DNA of 62,599 nucleotides from Candidatus Poribacteria bacterium (GTDB lineage Bacteria; Poribacteria; WGA-4E; WGA-3G): the NCBI GenBank assembly GCA_003635305.1, contig PYJE01000200.1, positions 27,171 to 89,769 of the forward strand. Reading direction: 5' to 3'. How positions within the stretch are numbered: the first letter of the stretch is position 1; the number at the start of each line of letters is the position of its first letter. Under the pieces are notes generated by a model. It made no database searches and had not been told where the DNA came from. It saw nothing but the letters and a program-made list of their open reading frames with translations. Position numbers and translations under genes: made by a program. Positions 54,218 to 62,599 of the stretch are shown in pieces.

Positions 54218-54991
54218 ATGAAATCCGTATTTATCATGTTAATCCTGTTCGTGTGTGCGGCATCGTTCGCCTATGCGCAAAACGAACCGGATGAGTCGCT
54301 CATCCTCTACTTCTCTTTTGATGAACTTGATGGCGACAACACCATCGATCATTCGCGATATGAGAATCACGGAGAGATAGCCGGTGCACCGAAACACGTT
54401 GACGGTAAATTCGGCAAGGCATTGCAACTCAACGGTGAAAGCGACTGGGTGGAAGTCCCCCACGAAGACATCCTCACCGTCGATGAAAGCGTCACCGTGA
54501 TGGCGTGGATTAATACCGAACGCCACCAAGGCCCCGGCGGCCAGCGGTGGCAGGGCATCGTTGCCAAGAGTAACGGCCCCCGTTCCTACAGTTTCTATAC
54601 CGAATTTCCGAGCGAATGCTTGCATCTCAGCGTCGGCGGAGCCGGTAGCGTTTGCAACGGGAAAGTTAAACTCGACGAGTGGCAACATGTCGTCGCGCAA
54701 GTTGATGATGGCACACATCGCTATTGGATAAATGGTGAAAACGTCGGTGAATTCCCGGGGAAACCACCTCCCCCTGGAAAAGCCGATACCGACAGTGTCC
54801 TCGTCGGGAAAACGCATGAAGGACAACGCGAATTCCTCGGGCTCATTGACGAAGTCCGCATCTGGAACCGCGCCCTTGACGAAGACGAAGTAATCGAACA
54901 GATGGAAATAGGGTATTTCGAGATGTTCGCCGTCGACCCGAGAGCAAAATTAGCCACGACTTGGGGGAACCTTAAAGCACCCCAGCGATAA
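54218..54991 (+). CDS. Secreted LamG/concanavalin-A-like lectin domain protein
   Basis: Signal peptide. LILYFSFDE..G....D.S.Y.N.G.I.GAP..V.GKFG.AL.LNGE.DWVEVPH and DEVRIWNRAL are typical of Laminin_G_3. Confidence 0.75.
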   Translation: MKSVFIMLILFVCAASFAYAQNEPDESLILYFSFDELDGDNTIDHSRYENHGEIAGAPKHVDGKFGKALQLNGESDWVEVPHEDILTVDESVTVMAWINTERHQGPGGQRWQGIVAKSNGPRSYSFYTEFPSECLHLSVGGAGSVCNGKVKLDEWQHVVAQVDDGTHRYWINGENVGEFPGKPPPPGKADTDSVLVGKTHEGQREFLGLIDEVRIWNRALDEDEVIEQMEIGYFEMFAVDPRAKLATTWGNLKAPQR

Positions 54992-55085
54992 AACTGTACC
55001 GCGGAGCGCGGTTTCAAACCGCGCTCTGGCCAACAAAGCGCGCGGCATAACCGCCCGCCGCTTGAATATTGCATCTGGAGGAAAA

Positions 55086-55856
55086 ATGAAATTCCTATTT
55101 ATTTTCTTACCACTGTTCATGTTCACAGCCTCCTTCGCTAACGCGGCAGACCAAACTGATGCATCGCTCATCCTCTACTTCTCTTTTGATGAGATTGATA
55201 GGGACATCGTCCCAGATCACTCGCAATACGCGAACGATGGAACGATTGCGGGGGCACCGGAATCTGTCACCGGTAAGTTCGGCAACGCGTTGAAACTGAA
55301 CGGCGAAACCGATTGGGTTGAAGTCCCGCACGCGGACATTCTCTCTGTTGAGGAAACCGTAACCGTCATGGCATGGATTAATGCCGAACGACACATGGGC
55401 CCTAATAGCCAGCGGTGGCAAGGCATCCTCTCAAAGGGCAACGCGCCGCGTTCTTACAGTTTCTACACGGAATCGCCTAGTGAATGTTTGCATCTCAGCG
55501 CAGGCGGCAGCGGCAGTGTTTGCACCGGAAAAATCGCGCTGAATGAGTGGCAGCATGTCGCCGCGCATGTTGAGGACGGTGTCCATCGGTATTGGCTGAA
55601 CGGGGAAAACGTCGGCGATTTTCCCGGAAATAACCCGTTACCGGGGCTTGAGGATACTGCTAGCGTCCTCGTCGGGAAAACACATGAAGGACAACGCGAA
55701 TTCCTCGGGCTCATTGACGAAGTCCGCATCTGGAATCGCGCCCTCAGCGAAGACGAAATTATCCAGGAAATGGAGACAGGACATGTCGGGCTTACCCCTG
55801 TCGATGCTCGTGAAAAATTGGCGACAACTTGGGGCACCTTAAAGTCTCGAAAGTAG
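55086..55856 (+). CDS. Secreted LamG-like domain protein, tandem paralogue of 54218-54991
   Basis: GGAGG RBS and MKFLFIFLPLFMFTASFANA. By eye, collinear and roughly 70 percent identical to the upstream gene. Confidence 0.75.
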   Translation: MKFLFIFLPLFMFTASFANAADQTDASLILYFSFDEIDRDIVPDHSQYANDGTIAGAPESVTGKFGNALKLNGETDWVEVPHADILSVEETVTVMAWINAERHMGPNSQRWQGILSKGNAPRSYSFYTESPSECLHLSAGGSGSVCTGKIALNEWQHVAAHVEDGVHRYWLNGENVGDFPGNNPLPGLEDTASVLVGKTHEGQREFLGLIDEVRIWNRALSEDEIIQEMETGHVGLTPVDAREKLATTWGTLKSRK

Positions 55857-55901
55857 TCACAGCGTAAACCCGCGAACCCTCTTAAGGAGAATTGACACGC
55901 A

Positions 55902-56303
55902 ATGAACGGAAAATTTATCACCGCAGCGGAAGTGGAACGCGTTCAACTCGGATGGGGCACAACAGGCTGGCTCAGCCGCCCACAAACTACCGGCGCGAAA
56001 GATATCGTCGCAATGGAAGTAAGCCTCCTGCCCGGCAATGGCCACGATTTCCATAAGCACCCAGAGCAGGAAGAGGTTATCTACGTTATTGAAGGCAGTG
56101 TTGAACAATGGCTGGAGGACAAGAAGCAGACGCTCAACGCAGGCGACGCTGTCTTCATCCCGGCAGATATCGTCCACGCCTCCTTTAACGTCTCCTCTCA
56201 GCCGGCGAAGTTATTCGTTACCCTCAGTCCCTGCAAAGGCGAAGAGGGGTATCAGTTGATAGATGTCTTTGACGAGGCACCGTGGAATACGCTCCGCGCA
56301 TGA
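55902..56303 (+). CDS. Cupin domain protein
   Basis: GNGHDFHKHPEQEEVIYVIEGSV......AGDAVFIPADIVHASFN (two-His cupin motifs). 133 aa. Confidence 0.75.
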   Translation: MNGKFITAAEVERVQLGWGTTGWLSRPQTTGAKDIVAMEVSLLPGNGHDFHKHPEQEEVIYVIEGSVEQWLEDKKQTLNAGDAVFIPADIVHASFNVSSQPAKLFVTLSPCKGEEGYQLIDVFDEAPWNTLRA

Positions 56304-56329
56304 TTTGACAGGGCATCGCACGATGGGTT

Positions 56330-57232
56330 ATGATAAGGCGCGAGGGTTTAACAATGGGAACTATCGCGGCACGGCGAGGGACAAGCCCGCGCCCGACGAT
56401 GAAACGGGAGTTTTCAACTGTGCCTGAGAGGAAACCACTCCGGCAGCAGATGCGCGAATTCTACCAAACGTCGGAGGCATATAAGGGACTCCTCGCCGCG
56501 CACGATGAGGTATACCTCCGACACTACGTTGAATTGGTAACCCGCTACGCGCCACCCGGTTCCAAAATCCTCGAACTGGGATGTGGGAACGGCATCTCCG
56601 CGCGGCTCATCAATCAGGCAGGATACGACGTTGTTGGCACAGACATTTCTCACCTCTTCTTACAAGAAGCACGGGCATGGGAAAATCCGCAGCTGCAATA
56701 CCAAGTCTGCGATGTGCTGGAACTGCCGTTTGAAACGCAGTCCTTTGACGTTATCTGCTCAAACGAACTCATTGAGCATCTGCCCGACGTTGAAACCGCG
56801 CTCGCCGAGATGATTCGGGTGGCGCGAAAGGGCGGCCACATCATTCTTTCCGGACCGAATCTCTGCTCACCGATGACTCCGTTTCTGGATTGGCTCGGGC
56901 TTATCATGGGCAAACCGGGCAGACCGGTTTGGGGTGAGACGAAGCGGCAGGCGTGGGAACAGTTCGTCAAGAACTGCCGACTCTGTGTGACGAAGCGATT
57001 TGCACGCCGCTCAGCGCAATTCTTATACCGCGCGCCGGACTTGCAGGCGGATGCCATCGGCGGCGACTCTGACAGTGCCTATTATGCATCTCCCATCGAT
57101 CTGGCGCGATTTTTCCGAGCGAACGGGCTCCAAATCCTTAAAAAGTGCGTCGGTTTTGGACGCAAAGGCAGCATCGTCGCAGCGGCGTTTCCCTATCTGA
57201 GCCCCTACATCAGCATGGTTGTTCAGAAATAA
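56330..57232 (+). CDS. Class I SAM-dependent methyltransferase
   Basis: ILELGCGNGISARLI (motif I) and FDVICSNELIEHLPD. The start is uncertain (ATGs at 56330, 56354 and 56399). Codons 11-23 are encoded by a degenerate GCGAGGGACA.GCCCGCGC REP. Confidence 0.75.
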   Translation: MIRREGLTMGTIAARRGTSPRPTMKREFSTVPERKPLRQQMREFYQTSEAYKGLLAAHDEVYLRHYVELVTRYAPPGSKILELGCGNGISARLINQAGYDVVGTDISHLFLQEARAWENPQLQYQVCDVLELPFETQSFDVICSNELIEHLPDVETALAEMIRVARKGGHIILSGPNLCSPMTPFLDWLGLIMGKPGRPVWGETKRQAWEQFVKNCRLCVTKRFARRSAQFLYRAPDLQADAIGGDSDSAYYASPIDLARFFRANGLQILKKCVGFGRKGSIVAAAFPYLSPYISMVVQK

Positions 57233-57290
57233 CCCTACATGCAAGTCTTGACAACGGTTCGGCTGCACCTATTTAGGGAATAGCATCAAA

Positions 57291-57384
57291 AACCGAGTCA
57301 TCGACAACGCCGATGACAGCATTACGCAGAGGGACGTTCTCGCATCAGAACGCTTATTGAACACCTCGCGAAATACGAAAAATG
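57291..57384 (+). repeat. Degenerate leader module (hairpin gtcatcgac-aac-gccgatgac + cctcgcgaaatacgaaaa box) ending at the ATG of the next gene
   Basis: Collinear with the 39552-39744 and 58248-58353 modules. Confidence 0.6.
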
Positions 57385-58248
57385 AACATTTGTCCTGGTG
57401 ATTTTGTCCTAGAGATAGGGAGCGGCCACAATCCGAAGCCCCGCGCAAATGTCTTGTGCGATAAATTCATCGAAGATGATGAACAGCGCGGCGGCGGCAT
57501 CATCGCAGACCGGCCCCTCGTCGAGGCAGATGGGCAGTATCTCCCCTTCGCTGACAGCGCGTTTGACTACGTCATCTGTTCGCACGTGCTGGAGCACGTG
57601 GAAAAGCCTGCTTTGCTCCTCGCCGAGTTAATGCGAGTTGCTAAACGCGGCTACATTGAAACGCCATCGGAAATCGCCGAACGCATTTATGGATGGCCCT
57701 ATCACCACTGGGTTGTCAACAAAATTGACGGCCGGCTCGTTTTACAAGAAAAAGTGTGTGAGGCGAAGAACGCGGCGGACAGCCCCCCGCACTACGGTGG
57801 TTTTGGACAACTGTTCCACACATTAGCAGCCGAGGACAAGCAGTGGAAGCGGTTTCATCTGACGCATCATCACCTCTTCCTCGTCCAATATGAATGGGAA
57901 GGCGAGATTGACTATGAACTCCTGCCACCGGGAAAATCGCCGCTGGATTTGGAATCACCGAAAACACTCGCGGCGTTGCGCAACGCCTATCCGAAAAATC
58001 AGTGGCTGCCGATTATCAAAAACGCAATTCCAAACGGCATCATTTCGCGTCTGAAAACTGCAGTAGGAGCTATCTACCGCTCGCGACGCGGTGCCGAAGG
58101 CATCGAGAACGGGAGGGCTCTCCTACAAGAAATTCTGGTATGTCCGCAGTGCAAAGGCGAAATTAGCTGGGAAGAGGACAACCTCCAATGCGCAACTTGT
58201 GAGCGGAATTATCCGATTATCAACGGAATCCCTCGCCTGACTGTGTGA
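57382..58248 (+). CDS. SAM-dependent methyltransferase fused to a C-terminal Trm112-like zinc ribbon
   Basis: VLEIGSGHNP, FDYVICSHVLEHV, and C-terminal CPQCKGEISWEEDNLQCATCERNYPIINGIPRL. Confidence 0.7.
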   Translation: MNICPGDFVLEIGSGHNPKPRANVLCDKFIEDDEQRGGGIIADRPLVEADGQYLPFADSAFDYVICSHVLEHVEKPALLLAELMRVAKRGYIETPSEIAERIYGWPYHHWVVNKIDGRLVLQEKVCEAKNAADSPPHYGGFGQLFHTLAAEDKQWKRFHLTHHHLFLVQYEWEGEIDYELLPPGKSPLDLESPKTLAALRNAYPKNQWLPIIKNAIPNGIISRLKTAVGAIYRSRRGAEGIENGRALLQEILVCPQCKGEISWEEDNLQCATCERNYPIINGIPRLTV

Positions 58249-58353
58249 AAACAATCAAGAACCGAGTCATTGACAACGTCAATGATGGATTACGTAGACT
58301 GACGTTATGCAACAAAACAACCTTATTGAGCCCCTTGTGAACAACAAAAACGT
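58248..58353 (+). repeat. Leader module (hairpin tcattgac-aac-gtcaatga + gtgaacaacaaaaacg box) overlapping the trxB 5' end
   Basis: aaccgagtcattgacaacgtcaatgatggattacgtagactgacgtt... is collinear with the other copies. Confidence 0.65.
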
Positions 58354-59293
58354 AGAAGAACGAAACATCGTCATCATCGGCGGCGGCACCGCTGGGTTTG
58401 CCGCGGGTGTCTATACCTCCCGCGCGATGTTGGAGCCGTTCTTGATTACCGGTGACGCGCTCGGTGGACAACTCTCGCTCACGTTGGACCTCGAGAACTA
58501 CCCCGGCTTCTTCGGTAACGAAGCCGCTGTCTTCATCCAAGGCATGCAGGCGCAAGCGGAAAAGTTCGGCACCGAAGTCCGGTTTGATACCGTCACCGCT
58601 GTCGACTTCACCCGACAACCGCTTGTCGTTGAAACTTATGAGAATACCTATCACGCTAAATCCGTGATTATCTGCACCGGTGCTTCACCGCGCACACTCA
58701 ACGTTCCCGGTGAAGAGGAATATGGGGGCCGCGGCGTATCCTACTGCGCTACTTGCGATGGGTTCTTTTTCCAAAATCAGCGGCTTATTGTCGTCGGCGG
58801 CGGAGACGCGGCAATTGAAGAGGGCATCTTCTTAACCAAATACGCCTCCGAGGTCTATGTTGTTCATCGCCGGGACCAACTCCGCGCGAGCCAGATTATG
58901 CAGGAACGCGCCTTCAAAAACGACAAAATCAAGTTTATCTGGGATACCGTCGTTGAAGAGATTTGCGGCGATGCCGAAAAAGTCACCGGTGCCAAACTCA
59001 AAAACGTCAAAACGAACGAAACGGAACTTTTTCCCATCGACGGTGTGTTTATCTTCATCGGGCACATCCCTAACACAGAACTCTTCACCGACATCATTAA
59101 GATGGACGAACAGGGTTATATCATCGTTGACAGCCTGCAACGCACCAATATCGATGGCGTTTTCGCGGCGGGAGATGTGCATGACCGGATATTCCGTCAA
59201 GCCATCACCGCTGCGGGGGCAGGCGCGGCGGCGGCTATCGCCGCGGAAAAGTTCGTCGCAGAATTGGATAACCGCGCGTATCCGGGGAACTAA
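58307..59293 (+). CDS. trxB: Thioredoxin-disulfide reductase
   Basis: IVIIGGGTAG, CATCDG redox centre, VVGGGDAAIEE and GVFAAGDV. An alternative GTG start is at 58337, inside the A-rich box. Confidence 0.9.
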   Translation: MQQNNLIEPLVNNKNVEERNIVIIGGGTAGFAAGVYTSRAMLEPFLITGDALGGQLSLTLDLENYPGFFGNEAAVFIQGMQAQAEKFGTEVRFDTVTAVDFTRQPLVVETYENTYHAKSVIICTGASPRTLNVPGEEEYGGRGVSYCATCDGFFFQNQRLIVVGGGDAAIEEGIFLTKYASEVYVVHRRDQLRASQIMQERAFKNDKIKFIWDTVVEEICGDAEKVTGAKLKNVKTNETELFPIDGVFIFIGHIPNTELFTDIIKMDEQGYIIVDSLQRTNIDGVFAAGDVHDRIFRQAITAAGAGAAAAIAAEKFVAELDNRAYPGN

Positions 59294-59296
59294 CTC

Positions 59297-60955
59297 ATGA
59301 GTGACTCGACAGGAACAAGACTGGCCCTCGGTTTGGATTCTAGCACGCAGAGCCTCTCTGCCATTGTCATTGATATAGACACGGCAGAGAAGTGCTTTGA
59401 GCATGCACTAGACTATCGCGCCGATGAACGGCTCAACCGATTCGGCATCGGTGAGGACTACATCCTGCCGCCGCGCGAAGAAGGCGAAGCGGAGCAACCG
59501 CCACTCATGTATCTCGCCTCCCTTGATGCGATGTTTGCAGCGTTACAGACAGCGGACATCCCGTTGGGGAATATCGTCGTTGTCAACACCTCAGGGCAGC
59601 AGCATGGGCATGTCTATCTGAACCATCGCGCCGCCGAGATTTTCTCCGAGTTGACGCAACCAGTAGGAGGGACATCCCTGTCCCGATTTGAAAGCAGTCA
59701 ACGCGATTTGGCAACGGTGCTGGCGAAGTGCTTCGCCTATCCCACCGCGCCTATCTGGATGACTGCCAACACGGTGGAGCAAACCACCCACGTTCGGAAC
59801 GCAGTCGGCGGCAAAACGCGGATGATTGAGCTCTCCGGTTCCGATGCTCCCCTTCGGTTTACGGGAGCCGTTATGCGGCGCGTCGCGCAGCAGTTCCCAC
59901 AATGCTACGAGGAAACGGCGAATATTCAACTGATTAGCAGTTTCATCCCAGCGGTGCTGACTGGCGAGAGCCACGTGCCGATAGACTACGGTAACGCATG
60001 CGGGATGTCTCTCATGAACTACCGCCGCAAAGACTGGGCCGCAGCATTGCTCGCGGCAACGGCAGATGGATTGCCCGGCAGTGTGGCAGAATTCCGCAAG
60101 AAATTGCCACAGCTCGCGCCGCCCGACACGGTTGTCGGAGAGATTGCAGCCTATTTTGTGAACAAATACGGCTTCAATCCAAACTGCAAAGTAGTCGCCG
60201 GTTCAGGCGACAATCCGCAGGCGAAAGTGCCAGTCGCGGGAGAACTCCTCAGCCTCGGCACTAGTTTCGTGAACATGGTGTCCACAGATGGCGATACGCT
60301 TGACGCTGCAGGATTCGCCAACGCGATGTATGATGGTATCGGAAGACCATTTATGTTCGGGTGCCGCACGAATGGCGCGATGGTGTGGGACGCAGTCAGA
60401 AACCGCTATGGATTAGCGAAAGAGGACTACACGCCAGCAGAAGCAGCACTGCGTGAGACTTCACCCGGACGCTTCATGACGTTCTGGCAGCCCAAAACCG
60501 AGTCGTTTCCTGTCTCACCTGCCTGTGAACTGATTCGATGTGGGCGCGCCCTCCCTGTCCCGAATACACTCGCCGGTGACTACGCCGGTGTTGTGGAGAC
60601 AAGCCTCGCCGCCGTTTATGTCTATTCACAAGGATTTGCGAAGAAAACTAAGGCACCCTTGTTTGTCACCGGTGGTGCAACAGAAAGTCCTGAAATCATG
60701 CGGCGCATCGCAGGGATTTGGAACAGAACCGTCGTCCCTGTCGAAAAAGGCGGCGCAGCACTCGGTGCCGCTGTCGCCGGTGTGAAAGCCTATTGCGACG
60801 ATAACGGTGAGGCTTTTGACATTGAGGCGTTCAGTTCGGCGGTGCTGAAACGCGGCGAACCGATTCTACCAAACCCTTCAGATGTCGCTGCATACCACGG
60901 CGAAGGAAGATACCTCCAACAGTTTCGCGAGGAATATGAGCGAATTAACAGATGA
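59297..60955 (+). CDS. FGGY-family carbohydrate kinase (xylulokinase-like)
   Basis: [23 protein letters not shown] and [10 protein letters not shown] motifs. 552 aa. Contains an in-frame REP copy at 59663-59687. Confidence 0.7.
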   Translation: MSDSTGTRLALGLDSSTQSLSAIVIDIDTAEKCFEHALDYRADERLNRFGIGEDYILPPREEGEAEQPPLMYLASLDAMFAALQTADIPLGNIVVVNTSGQQHGHVYLNHRAAEIFSELTQPVGGTSLSRFESSQRDLATVLAKCFAYPTAPIWMTANTVEQTTHVRNAVGGKTRMIELSGSDAPLRFTGAVMRRVAQQFPQCYEETANIQLISSFIPAVLTGESHVPIDYGNACGMSLMNYRRKDWAAALLAATADGLPGSVAEFRKKLPQLAPPDTVVGEIAAYFVNKYGFNPNCKVVAGSGDNPQAKVPVAGELLSLGTSFVNMVSTDGDTLDAAGFANAMYDGIGRPFMFGCRTNGAMVWDAVRNRYGLAKEDYTPAEAALRETSPGRFMTFWQPKTESFPVSPACELIRCGRALPVPNTLAGDYAGVVETSLAAVYVYSQGFAKKTKAPLFVTGGATESPEIMRRIAGIWNRTVVPVEKGGAALGAAVAGVKAYCDDNGEAFDIEAFSSAVLKRGEPILPNPSDVAAYHGEGRYLQQFREEYERINR

Positions 60956-61428
60956 ATAAACTGACACATTTTGACGAAAAAGGCAACGCGCGGATGGTAA
61001 ACGTAGGTGAGAAACCCGAGACGTTGCGCGTCGCCATCGCGCGAGGACAAGTAATTGCCAAACCCGAGACGCTCCAACTCATCGCGGAACAGCGCATCAA
61101 AAAAGGCGATGTCTTGGAGATAGCCCGGCTCGCGGGCATCATGGCGGCAAAACGCACCGGTGAACTCATCCCGTTGTGCCATCCCCTCGCGCTCACTTCT
61201 GTCCGCGTCGCATTAGCAATCGTGGATGAACACATCGAGATTGAGGCGGAAGTCCAAACAGTCGGAAGGACCGGCGTGGAGATGGAGGCACTCACTGCCG
61301 TGTCAGTAGCAGGCTTAACCGTCTACGATATGTGCAAATCGGTAGAGCGGGGGATGCGCCTCTCCGAGATACGGTTAGTCAAAAAGACAGGCGGAAAAAC
61401 TTCTGTCGTTCGCGAGGCTTGCGATTAG
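60952..61428 (+). CDS. moaC: Cyclic pyranopterin monophosphate synthase
   Basis: [50 protein letters not shown] and [27 protein letters not shown] overlap with the upstream gene. Confidence 0.95.
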   Translation: MNKLTHFDEKGNARMVNVGEKPETLRVAIARGQVIAKPETLQLIAEQRIKKGDVLEIARLAGIMAAKRTGELIPLCHPLALTSVRVALAIVDEHIEIEAEVQTVGRTGVEMEALTAVSVAGLTVYDMCKSVERGMRLSEIRLVKKTGGKTSVVREACD

Positions 61429-61550
61429 CATCCTTTGCGCAGTCAACCTAGTAAAAATCGCTGAGCAATAAAAGAACAGAAACCTGTAGGAGAGCCCCCC
61501 GCTCTGGATGCTCTATCGGGTGCATTTGCATAAGAACTCGGAGACAAACG

Positions 61551-62599
61551 ATGATAAAATGTTATCGCAACCTATCCATACTCGCGGTGCTCGCCGTTTT
61601 CCTTATCCCCGCGGTGGGGTTTGGCGGCACCGAACACGTCCTCATCATCGGCGGCGTGGGCGGCGAAAAATCCTTCTACGATGCATTCTGGAGTGCAACC
61701 TCCCGATTCCATCAACTGCTCACCGACGAATACGGCTACTCGCCTGAACAAATCACCTTCCTTTTTGAAGACGAGGGGAACATCCCGGGCATCGTCGATG
61801 GAACGGCAAAGCGGGAACCGATTTTAACGGCATTCGCGCAACTCGCGGAGAAGATTCAACCGGCAGACCGGTTTCTGCTCTTTATGATAGGACACGCGGC
61901 TCGTTCTAGCCAGGGGTTAAAATTCAACCTACCGGGGCGCGATATTAGCGAAACCGAATACGCCGACAGCATCAACGGCATCGCCGCGGCGCAGAAAATT
62001 CTCATCTTCGGGTTCCCTTACAGCGCGAGGTTCGTGCAGCGCGTCAGCGCGCCGGGAACTATTGTCCTCACCTCCAGTTCACGGAACGAAGGATACTCGC
62101 TACAAGCGGGATTTGGCGATATTTTCGTCGATGCATTTTCTACCGCCACTGCCGACACAAACAGCGACGGTGCCATCTCGTTGTTAGAAGCGTTTTTATG
62201 GCTGCGGGGACAAACGAAGGCGTGGTATGAGAATGATGGCTCCGTGCAATCGGAACACCCGCATCTGGACGATAACGGCGACAGAAATCCTTCCCGAAAA
62301 AATTTGGAAGACACCGGTGAAGGGAAACTCGCCGAGCAGACGTTCTTAGGCGAACGGCGTTCTGCCTTGCCTGTGCAAGCCGAACCGCCGGAACTCGCCG
62401 ACGCATCGGAAAGAGGACGCGGCTCTGCATTAGATGGGCACACCCACACGCCCGGTGAACCGCACGCCTACGAGCATAGGAATAGCGGCAGGATAAACGA
62501 AACTGCCCCCACTATTCCTTACGACTTCATCAGCGAGGCAGACGAACAGGCAATCCAAACCGCGCTTGAAAACGTGCCAAATGAAAAAGCCAAAATGCC
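61551..62599 (+). CDS. Secreted hypothetical protein, distantly peptidase C13/caspase-like fold; 3' end beyond the window
   Basis: Not in the ORF track because it is open at the window end. My translation is MIKCYRNLSILAVLAVFLIPAVGFGGTEHVLIIGGVGG...RFLLFMIGHAARS...KILIFGFPYSARF...DTNSDGAISLLEAF. The His block and the DxNxDGxISxxEAF tail resemble C13-like proteins. Confidence 0.4.
   Translation, partial: MIKCYRNLSILAVLAVFLIPAVGFGGTEHVLIIGGVGGEKSFYDAFWSATSRFHQLLTDEYGYSPEQITFLFEDEGNIPGIVDGTAKREPILTAFAQLAEKIQPADRFLLFMIGHAARSSQGLKFNLPGRDISETEYADSINGIAAAQKILIFGFPYSARFVQRVSAPGTIVLTSSSRNEGYSLQAGFGDIFVDAFSTATADTNSDGAISLLEAFLWLRGQTKAWYENDGSVQSEHPHLDDNGDRNPSRKNLEDTGEGKLAEQTFLGERRSALPVQAEPPELADASERGRGSALDGHTHTPGEPHAYEHRNSGRINETAPTIPYDFISEADEQAIQTALENVPNEKAKM

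Overview
This 62.6-kb window appears to come from an uncultivated Gram-negative bacterium. The gene content suggests a PVC/FCB-like lineage: a DUF1501 plus DUF1549/DUF1553 pair, several Gfo/Idh/MocA and PhyH enzymes, WD40, FG-GAP, LamG and T9SS-type C-terminal domains. That placement is inference only. I support about 45 protein-coding genes, two of them open at the window edges and absent from the ORF track. I saw no rRNA, tRNA or CRISPR.

Three things stand out.

(1) An ~8.4-kb accessory/defence island lies at 17.2-25.6 kb, between bioF and a dcyD-like gene. It holds two tandem stand-alone TIR-like genes of the CAP12/PycTIR type, with no cyclase. The second is tightly coupled to a HicB-like antitoxin gene. 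A type III restriction-modification pair (mod, res) follows. An IS607-like element sits 5 nt after res and keeps an intact TnpB but only the HTH stub of TnpA.

(2) The window is saturated with at least six families of short palindromic REP-like repeats. These occur between genes but also inside reading frames. They sit in frame in mod, res, a GMC oxidoreductase and an FGGY kinase, and they form the C-terminus of pcm. They also expand locally as tandem units of 45, 66, 68, 85 and 100 bp, and at two sites are flanked by ~30-bp direct duplications of the target.

(3) Higher-order repeat architecture is present. 38-bp inverted repeats plus ~450-bp direct repeats bracket a WD40/dockerin gene. A ~100-bp leader module with a covarying hairpin and an A-rich box sits at the start codons of several unrelated genes.

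There is also a P-type ATPase homologue with all catalytic motifs degenerate, and a PorV-like/T9SS-cargo cluster.

All family assignments come from reading motifs by eye. No searches were run.
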